Assembly (NCBI RefSeq): GCF_004010195.1
Contig: NC_057728.1
Coordinates: forward strand, 50,792,782-50,856,781
Origin: Chiloscyllium plagiosum
Taxonomy: Eukaryota
Length of the DNA: 64,000 bases
Direction of reading: 5' to 3'
Under the pieces are notes generated by a model that was not told the origin of the DNA, ran no database searches, and was given only the letters and a program-made list of their open reading frames with translations. A program made the translations under genes and the position numbers. Below, in pieces: positions 54,285 to 64,000 of the stretch (positions within the stretch are counted from its first letter, which is position 1; each line of letters opens with the position of its first letter).

Positions 54285-55367
54285 AACACAAATTCCCAGC
54301 TCGGCGAACAGAACCACAACAACGAGCACCCGAGCTACAAATCTTCTCCCAAACTATGATTTTAGCACATCAGGGTGAGAATGCTTCAGCAGTAGCAATG
54401 TGAACCGATTCTTGAGATGTGGCTGATGTCTCAAAAGAGACAAACTCAGATGTAATGTGACTAGCTACTAAGCACAATATAATAAACCTTCACTGTGTAT
54501 CAGGATTGGGCATCCTTTCTGTATAAGGTGCTGGTGAGATCACATCTGGAGTACTACAAGCAGATTTGGTCCCCTTATTTAGGAACTATATGATTTGATT
54601 GGAGGCAGTTCAGAAAAGGTTCACTAGGATGATCTCCAGTATGGAGGGATTGTCTTATGAACAAAGGCTGAAGATTTTGGGACTACTCAGGGTATCCAAG
54701 ATGGTTCAGGTAAACATAATTACAATGTTTATAAGGTGCTAGTTGCAGTGAACACATTGAGCAGTGCTAAGCTTTAGGGAGTCACTGCAGCATTCCCAGC
54801 CTCTGACCTGCCTTTGTAGCCACAATCTATTGCTAGTCCTGTTATATTTCTGATCAATGACAATCGTTTTTATGTGTATGGAATCATGACAGGCAGTTCC
54901 TGGGTTACCAATGGATTCCATTCCTGAGTACATCCATAAGTCAGTTTGTACACAGGCCAGAACACAATACAGTACAACATAAAATAATAGCTTATAAGCA
55001 CAAGCAAAGGTTCACCTGTTGGATCCTTAACATTAATATTAATGTGAGATCTCGTTCATAAATTCGCAAGTCAGACATTTGTAATCTGGGATCACCTTTA
55101 GAATAACTCACATATACCAATAGGTCTCCTACAGGACTGTAGAGAGATCTGTTCTTTGACCAGATTCAGTGACATGTATCATAATGGAAAAGAATACAAT
55201 GCAGTTGACTTAATATCTCAGTCCTTCCAGATAAACTGTATTGGTTCATAACATTAAGACAAGGTAACCAATTCTGATGATAATTTCAGTGTTAATTGTG
55301 CCTAATAAATCTTTAATTTCTATAATGTATTCAATGTATGGATTTTGCAAATGGTTAGCAATGTATC

Positions 55368-55485
55368 AAGTGCGTGTGTGTGTGTCATTGTGTTTGGTGT
55401 CTGAGTGTGTGTGTGTGTGTCATTGTGCTTGGTGTCTGAGTGTGTGTGTGCATGTGCACGCGCGTGTTTGTACTTGGTGTCTGGT
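55368..55485 (+). repeat. Compound (TG)n / tandem repeat
   Basis: Three units of gtgtgtgtc..tgtg.ttggtgtctg. Confidence 0.8.
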
Positions 55486-57854
55486 CAGTCAGCAACTATA
55501 AGGAATTCCGAGGAAACACAAAGAGTTGAATTTTCCCATGGGATTAGGTTCAGGTCCCCACCTACCGGCCAGAGGGGACATCCTGCATTCACACTTTCTG
55601 GATCAAACCAATACAGGAGCATTCCTTGAGACCCTCTCTGATGACAAGCTCATGTCCACTTAAAGTCAGTGAGAGGCTCCTGATACCACTGGCCCAATCA
55701 GTGGGACTGCAGTGGATGGAACTTCTAAAGTCCCAACAAGTGAGGGTGGGACTTCTGGGCCAGTGTGGCAAGGGTGAGGGCATCTCAAACTGGTGCCTGG
55801 AAAGGAACTAATAACTAGAGAAAGCACAGAAGGTACTAGGCCACACAGAATGGAGAAGGAGAGGAACTAATCGATTTGGAGCACTGGGACATTGAGGGAA
55901 TCCTTGGATGCCAGCAGCCCCCTCTTTGAGAAATGGAGCTGCAGGTGCTTTAGAATTTGCCATCATTAGGTGGCACTGATCCTGGAGCCACTCTGCCTCC
56001 TAATTGTAGCTTTAATTACTCCAATATTCCCAGCTTCACTTTCTGAGCTCATCATTCCAGAGCTGGGAAATCTCAACATACAGTGATTTAGCTCAAATCA
56101 GGAAAGAAAAAAATCATTGCATAAATATATTGCTGCAAAAGCAAACGTGTTGCTAAAGCTTTTTGTCTGGCACTCATCAGGACAAAGGCAAGAATGTGAA
56201 ATTTCAAACAAGCACATCAATGCCTCAACTAATCATGGTCAACTTGCCAAAAACATTCAGCAGCCTTTTCTCCTGTAACTTAAGTCGTTGTGTTGGCATT
56301 TTTGCATTTTTCCTGACAGTTTAGGCAGCATTTTCTCTTCTTGGCCAGTTTCAAGATCTGAGTTGCCAAGGAATGGTGAGTAAACACAGCAAGTCAGTGG
56401 ATAGTAAATGCTGAAATTGACAATAATTAATCAAAGCCATGAAAATGAGGATGATGCACAGGACAGGTAAGGCTGTGCAGTGGAAAACAAAGCAGGGATC
56501 AAAGATGGTGCCACAGCAATTTCAAGTATCGTGCACACAACGTGGAACTATTATCAACTGATTTTTTTTTGGTTCATGTCCTTCTGGACCAGTATCTACC
56601 GTCCATCCCTGACTACCCCTTGTAATTAGGTGGTGATGAGTCATCTTCATGAACTACTGCTGTCCGTGTGGTGTGTGTGCACAATAGTGACCACTATTGA
56701 ACCTCAAACCTAAGGCTTCAATTTGACCCCCACTTTCCCTATCTACTGTTAGGCACTGGAAGAAAGGTTTTGCTCATGCTTTACAAGGTTTTAAAAACAC
56801 CATTTCACAAAATTATGCAGTTTTATTCTGAAGTGGCTATTTTTATGCTTTGTATTTCCTAAATATTAAGGTCTGTCAAAAAATTCAAACAAATTTCACA
56901 ACTTTATCAGTCAGTTCCTGAGGCTCACCAATTTAGATTAGTAATCTTTTTTAGGAGAAAAGAAGTTGAACAAATTGGTCATTGATCTCCCTGTTCCTTA
57001 TATCCTCCCCATTGTTAAGTAGCAAATGAAGATAATCCCTGACCAACCTGTTCAGAGATGTTATAGAGGGCTCTTATGGCACAGTGGTTGTGGCCCTGTG
57101 CTGATCCAGAAATCCCAGTTTCAAGTTGCACCTGCTCTCAAGGTGTGCAATAACATCTCAGAATAGATTGATTAGAAAATATATAATTCAGTGATGTTAT
57201 TGCATACCTCCGAGGCAGGTGGGACTTGAACCTGGGCCTCCTGGATCAGAGATCAGGACACCGCCACTTGTGCTACAAGATACCATTTAAGTATCAAATC
57301 ACTCTTGATTTTTTCAGGTTTACTCAATCAGATGATTAATTGTGCATTGAACAGAGTAAATCCTAATTTCACTTTATCAATGTTTGAAGCTTCACAGTCA
57401 GTTAGCATAAGTGCGTCTGTTAATATATTACATTACAGATGCACCAAGTAAAGGATTCTTAATTAAGTCCAGATTAGATGCTCCTTTTTAGTGTTTTTTA
57501 TTAAAGTTTCTTGTTCACACTCTATGGGCATTGCTGGCCAGAACAACATTTGTTGCCGAAACCTAATTACCGAGAGGGCAGTTAAAAGTGAACACCTATT
57601 GCTGTGGGTCTGGGGTGGCACATGGGCCAGACCAGGTAAGCATGGCAGACTTTCTTCCCTAATGGTTATTAGTGAACCAGATGGCTTTGGATTACTTTGA
57701 ACTTACTTAAAGTGTAAGCTTTCTAAGTATTTGTCAATTTTAAGTTGATTATCAATTTGTTCATTTTTGTTGCATGCAAAACATGGATTAACCATTAAAT
57801 ATTAATCATAAATATAGGAGTGTTTTATTGATGTCAATTTTAAGAAAATAAGAA

Positions 57855-58968
57855 AATAAAAAATAGAAGCAGGAGTTGATTAAGATTATTGCTGATCTGA
57901 TCTTGACCTTAATTCTATTTCCCCACCTGCCCATAACCCCCACCCCCCCCCAACTCCCCTCCAATTCAAGAATAAATATATCCCAACCTTAAACCTGTTC
58001 AACAACTCAGTGAGGCGAAAGTGAGGATTGCAGATGCTGGCCATTCGAGTTGAGAGTGTGGTGCTGAAAAAGCACAACAGGTCAGGCAGCATCCGAGGAG
58101 CAGGAAAATCGACGTTTCGGGCAAAAGCCTGATGAAGGCTTCTTTCCTGCTCCTCGGATGCTGCCTGACCTGCTGTGCTTTTCCAGCACCACATTCTCAA
58201 CTAAATTCAACAACGCATCCTCTGCTGCTCTCTGAAGTAGATAAATATAAAGATTCGCAACACTATGAGAGAAGAAATTCCTGCTCATGTCCATCTTACA
58301 CAGGAATCTCCTTATTTTGATTCTGTGTGCCCTAACTCAACATTCATCCTGGAGGAGATACATCCTCTCAACATCTTCCATGCCAAACACCATCAGAATA
58401 TTCTGTATTTCAATGAGATCGCCTCTCATTCTTCTAAAGTCCAATGAGTATCAGTCCAATCTTCTCAACCTTTCCTTATATCACATCCCAGGAATCAGCC
58501 ACGTGAACCTTCTTTGAACTACCTCCAATTTGAGTAAATAAACCAAAAATGTACACAAGTATGGTCGCACCAGTTCTCTGTATAGCTATAGCAAGAATTC
58601 CCTACATTTATATTGCATTACCCTTACAATAAACAACTATATTTCATTTGCCAACCTGATCACTTATTGTGGCTGTATACTAACTTTTTGTGATTCATGT
58701 ACAAGGAAATGCAGGTTCATCTATACCGGAGTTCCACAAGCACTCTCTATTTAAGTACTAACCTGCTTTTCTATTCCTCCATCCATTGTAGATAATCTCA
58801 CATTTTACCACATTATACTCCATCTGTCAATTTGTTTCCCGCTCACAACTTATACAACTTATCCTCCTCACAACTTGCTCTCCCACTTTTATTTGTATCA
58901 TCAGGAAGTTTGGCAACAATGCAATCAGTCCCTTATTCCAAGTCATTAATATAGATTGTGAATAACTG
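57855..58968 (-). mobile_element. Degenerate CR1 LINE fragment
   Basis: Minus-strand CR1 3' UTR and ORF2 remnants ('RNFFSHSVANL'); hosts the PLE at 58010. Confidence 0.7.
58010..58205. mobile_element. PLE family A fold-back mini element
   Basis: Inverted ~60 bp arms around scrambled hammerhead halves; duplication ttcaacaac(t/g)ca at 57998-58009 and 58206-58217. Confidence 0.78.
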
Positions 58969-59105
58969 ATTTTGAATTCTACAATTGAGTTAATACTTGG
59001 ACTGAAATTATTTTAAAAAGAGGACCAAAATCACTGAGTTAAACTAGTGATTACCTAACCAACAGCTTGGTCAGGTTTTCTGACAATATCAGGTTTTATG
59101 ACAAT

Positions 59106-59260
59106 ATTCTAATATCATAGAAAATCAGGGTGTAATGGAAAAGTTTCATGGCCATTAGGGAAAATGTTAAATTCAACTCAGACTGAGCTGAATTTAACAT
59201 ATTCCCTAGTGGCCATGAAACCTTCCCATTACTCTACTCGTTTTTCGATGATATTAGAAT
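59106..59260. repeat. 155 bp imperfect palindrome with a 1 nt spacer
   Basis: attctaatatcat...ttcaactcag-a-ctgagctgaa...atgatattagaat; the two arms are reverse complements. Confidence 0.85.
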
Positions 59261-60769
59261 GCATTTAGCATCTTCTCCTGTAAAGGTAAATGCAAAATAT
59301 TTATTCAAAGTCTCCACTATTTCCTTACTTCCAATTATTAAATCACGTGCCTCATTCTCTAAGTGACCAACATTTACTTTAGCTACTCTTCCAATGTGTA
59401 AGCATATCAGAGATTTTACTATTTTTTTCTATTTCTTGCTGGTTTACTCTCACTCTATTTTTTCTTGTCTTTTTTTTAGGTTTTATTGCTGATTTTACAT
59501 TTTCCCCAATCTCCAGTCTTATTACAAAGTTTTGCATGAACAAAATCCAAGAGAATTAAAATTACTTATCGCTAATTAATGCCACAATACACTTGTATTT
59601 GGTTTTGTGAAGTGTAATGATATGGGGGGATTACTAAATAATAGATCCCTTGTATATTAATTAGGTATTTTTCTCAGATGCACAGATTTTGTAATAAGTT
59701 CCTTAACCAAAGAGCTCTAATTGATATTAATGACAGGCTAAATATAGCTGATTCTAGTTGAACATATGGTTGAAAACAATTTGAACTACAACATGTCAGT
59801 GATCCAAATTACTCAGGTCACCAATGTCCCATCTCTACAATAAAATCACTTTGCTGCAGATTTAGAAATGCTTGACTTCCAAATATTATAAAGAATGAAG
59901 ACTATCGCACATCTGGTAATGAGAGGGGTTTTTTTTGCATAATCATTCCCCATTTTTCTGACACACCTTGAAAATTTCCCACAATTAAAATGATGACGCA
60001 TTCAAAGTGAACTTTTTTTTGCACTCAGTTTAGAATATCAGAAAGTAAGTTTGGGCATTGCTTTGGCCAAGTAAGAAGGAGAAAGAGGGATAACTTTGCA
60101 AGCAGGTTTCAGGAATATGGAAGAACTAAAGTGTTGATAAATCAGGAATTTAATATTTCTGCTACAAAGTATTCAGAGAATTTGGCGAAAAAGATATGTT
60201 GTAGGTATTGATCAAAGAAACTATTCTGACACGAAAGAGGGTGTTATATGAGAAAAGGTCAAAAACAGAATTTATTTTGCTTGAATCAAGGAACACAGCA
60301 GGAGCAATTAAGCTGCTGGGAGTACAGCACGGGTCATCAAATAGAAAGGAGATAGAGAAGCAGGTTTCCAGGCTTGTTTTCAAAAAGATGCAAGGACCAG
60401 AGACTAGTGATAGTGGGAGGTTTCAAACATTTTCATAAATACTGGGAAAATAATATTGTGAACGACAAAGGGTGGGAGTAATTCCTGAAAAGTGCAGGAG
60501 AGTGGAACATACAGGTCAAAGACAATGAGAAAGGAAGCAGTCCTGGATCTAATTGCAGAGAATGAAGTGGGGCAATTGGATCAAATTGCAATAGGTATGG
60601 AATGGATATGGAAAAGAGTCAGGGGCGAAATACATGCACCTGAAGGGGGGCTAACTTAAATGAGATGAAAAGCAGTGTAGATCAGCAGGTGTGAAAGTAA
60701 ATGAACATTTTGTTTTTATATATTTATTTATATATGTTTAGATGGGTAAGAAAATGAGTTATTAAGACA

Positions 60770-61445
60770 TAAGGTGCCCACAAAGGGATGTAGATATGTT
60801 AAGTAAGTTGGAAAAGACCAGCAAATGGAGCACAACGTAAGAAAGTGTGAAATTGTTCATCTTGGCAGAAAGAATAAAAATGGATATTATCTAAATGGTA
60901 AGTGGTTGCAGAGCTCTGAGATGGAGAGAAATCTGGGAGTCCTAGTGCATGAAACATGGAAGGTTAGAGTGCAGGTACAGCAAGTAATCTGAAAAGCTAA
61001 TAGAATGTTATGGTTTATTGTGAGGGCAATTGAATGCAAGAATAGGGAGGTTATGCTTCAATTATACAGGACAATGATGAGACCACACCTGGATTACTGT
61101 GTACAGTACGAGTCACTGGAGGATGTTATTGCATTAAAGCAGCTCAGTGAAGGGATCATGGTTTGAAAATGAGAAATTGCCCATTTAGGAAAGATATGAG
61201 GAAACTTTTTTTTCTCTCTCAGAGGGTTATGAATCTTTGGAATTCCCTTCCACAAAAGGCAGTGGGTGCAGAATCTTTCGTATTTTTGAGACAGAGATTG
61301 ATAGATATTTGATTACCAAGGGGATGAAAGACTACTGGGGATTGCAGGAATGTGGAGTTAAGGTTAAAATCAGATCAGCCACGATCTCTTTGAATAGTGG
61401 AATAAGTTTGAAGGGCTGAGTGGCCTACATACATTCCTTATTCAC
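60770..61445 (+). mobile_element. Degenerate CR1 LINE 3' fragment
   Basis: 'KCEIVHLGRKNK', 'RPHLDYCVQY' and the tail. Confidence 0.75.
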
Positions 61446-64000
61446 ATGTTTGTACACTCATTAAATGTTGGGATCACTGGCATAGTTATCTTTATTGTCT
61501 ATTCCATTTACTGTTGAAAAACTGGTGATGAACCTCCTCCATTAGCAATAACAATCTATGGGACGCCTTCAAAGATGAGACAGTTTGAGTACTGTGTGGA
61601 CACATTCCTACAAGGGGTAAAATATGAATTAGGAACAGGAGTAAGTTATTCGGCCTCTCCCGCTTGCTCCACCATTCAATAAGATCAGGACTGTTCTGGA
61701 AAGGGACATTTATCCAAGAAAACGCTTTCTCGATAACCAAATGCATGAGGCTAGATTTAGTGAAGATCAAAGGGCTTCCACCCACCAATTCTTAAACCAG
61801 AAAGAGTCCTGTGTCACTTTCTTTAGGGAAGATCCATCAAACTCAGAACCACTCGGGCACTTAAATGGCAAAGGTCATCACACACACACACATCTTGTTG
61901 ACACTCAACTGGATTCCACAATATGCATTATAACTGGAACTGTCTGCTTAGCACCACTTCCTAGGATCGAGGAGGAGCTTGGGGAAGGGAAAATGTATGG
62001 AGAAGACTGGTCAATGGACAACTGTAAGTCTCAATGCTAGTCTCAGCGCTGTTCAACATTTATACAAATGGCCAGCCTAAAACAACATCTTGAAAACCAT
62101 CGTTATATATTCACTAATAAGATATTGGGCATGGCTGACTGGCCAGCATTCATTGCCCATTCTAGTTGTCCTTGAGAAGGTGGTGGTGAGATATCTTCTT
62201 GAACTGCTACAGTCCATGTGCCATAGCTTGACCCACAATGCTCTAAGGGAGGGAATTCCAGGATTTTGACCCAGTGACAGTGAAGGAATGGAAATATATT
62301 TCCAATTCTGGATGGTGACCGGTTTGGAGGGGACCTTGCAGATGATGGTGTTCCCATGTAACTGCAGCCCTTGTCCTTCCAGACAATTGTGCATTTTGTA
62401 GGTGATGATGACTTCCACACTGATAACATTAGTTTTGCTGTTTTAACTGTACCCCCTTCTGCAGCAGATCCTTAAATGAAGATGTTACAAGATTTGTAGA
62501 CTGTTACAGCACATGGTGTCGCATCTGAATCTCTCCAAATCATGTCCAGTGTATGTCACCACCATGATGCCAGTGACAAAATATCCAAATGGAAAGTGAA
62601 AAAGTAAAGCATAATCCCAATCCAACACACTCTGGAGTGAGTCTAGTTTGGATTGAGTCCTTCCAGCAAAACTGAAGGAAACAGCAGCAAATATTAAACC
62701 CAGAAATGAACTGTTCACAAAATATTGCTGGATCCACAGGAGCCATTGCCATACATAGCTCACTATTTGTCCTACTGTACTTCATAGAGTACTGTATCTA
62801 AATGGCAAAGGTCATCATCTTGTTGACACTCAACTGAATGCCACAATGTGCATCATAACTGGAATTGTTCTGCGTACCACCTCTTCCCCTGGCTTCCTGG
62901 GCTCACTAACATCTCTCTGAGACAAGTCCGCTCAGAGACCGGTGAAAACGCACAAACTGGTTGAAACAATTTGTGTTGCACCTTACTTACCCTCTCCACA
63001 ATGACCTGTTCAATCCTTAGACTTCTATCTTCCACCTCAGCAACTTTCCCGAGCAAGACCTACCAGGGGACATTCTTTATTTCAAGGAATGGGGAATTTG
63101 CAAAGTCACTAACAAGTTCCTTATGACACCCCCCCCTCTCCCCACCATCACATGCTAGGCTTTGAACTAGTCCAGCAAGAGTGGTACTAGCTAAACAGGT
63201 TCAAATCAGGGTCCCTCACAGTCAACCTCCAACACTGGGGCCTCAGTACAAACTCCTTATGCACTTGTGAAAATACACAAGCAATATTGCACATGACTGA
63301 GGATGCCCCCTTTATAGACCAAGTGACAGACTAATCATCATCAAATGAGAAGGCAATTGCTTGGCTTTAGGCATTTGCTTTCATTAATTAAATCAGTAAT
63401 CACAGCGTTGGTTGTGGAATCTTGCAGTGTAAAAATTAGCTGCTATCTTTCCTCTGTTACAGCAATGACTACACTTCCAAAGTATGTCATTGGCTGTAAT
63501 CCAGGGATGGTGAAAAGCACTGTAAAAATACAAGGTATTTTTTACAACCAAGTTGAATATAGAAAGGGAGACCATGAAACGGGAAATAAAAGAGGCAAAA
63601 AAAAAATATGACAAAAGATCAGCAGCTGACATGATAGGAAATGGAAAAGACTTTTCTAAATACACAAAAAACAGCAGGCAATACTAGGGACGGGTAACGA
63701 AAATAAACTTTGAGGAAGTAGAGGTCATAGTTGAGGTACACAGCTGTCCTCACTAATGAAGGTAAAGTGACCACTATTAGTGGTAAAGGTAGGAGAGCAA
63801 TTAAAGAATATTTAAAAAGGGTACCTAAAAGACCGGCAGCGATCAAAGTGGTGTATATTACACCATCACCCAGTTCAGATGGAATGCATTGTTGGTTCCC
63901 TAACTAAACTCCCAGACCTTGTCCATCACCTACAAGGCACAAGTTGGGAATGTGATGGAATAGTCCCTACTTGCCTGGATGGGTTCAGCTCCAAAAGCAC

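Larger units (their letters stand above)
53933..54359. mobile_element. Penelope-like fold-back element (family C) with an ORF C-terminal remnant
   Basis: Inverted arms ~53933-54095 and ~54163-54324; spacer 54110-54166 encodes SSTDSINKHIDLDPIYQPL; 9 bp TSD ttttagcac at 53924-53932 and 54360-54368. Confidence 0.85.

Overview
Vertebrate genomic DNA, very probably from an elasmobranch (shark), inferred from the HE1-type SINEs, abundant CR1 LINEs and Penelope-type repeats. It has two assembly gaps. The only host gene I can support is a PRMT8-type protein arginine methyltransferase on the minus strand. Nine coding exons (2-10, 34134->7162) have canonical GT-AG sites and splice in frame to 384 aa plus stop. 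Exon 1 was not found, so 34135-64000 is most likely intron 1. The rest is mostly retroelement debris: CR1 and L2-type LINEs, several SINE families and one solo LTR. The most striking signal is a set of short Penelope-like (PLE) insertions from at least four families. They carry minimal type I hammerhead ribozyme motifs (CUGANGA...GAAA-NN-UH), are often built as fold-back inverted repeats with a ribozyme on each strand, and have 9-16 bp target-site duplications. Also present are a PVQT-repeat expansion and substitutions at regulatory residues in PRMT8, an 830 bp element with ~125 bp terminal inverted repeats, and a 155 bp spacer-less palindrome. Repeat family names come from recognition, not from database searches.
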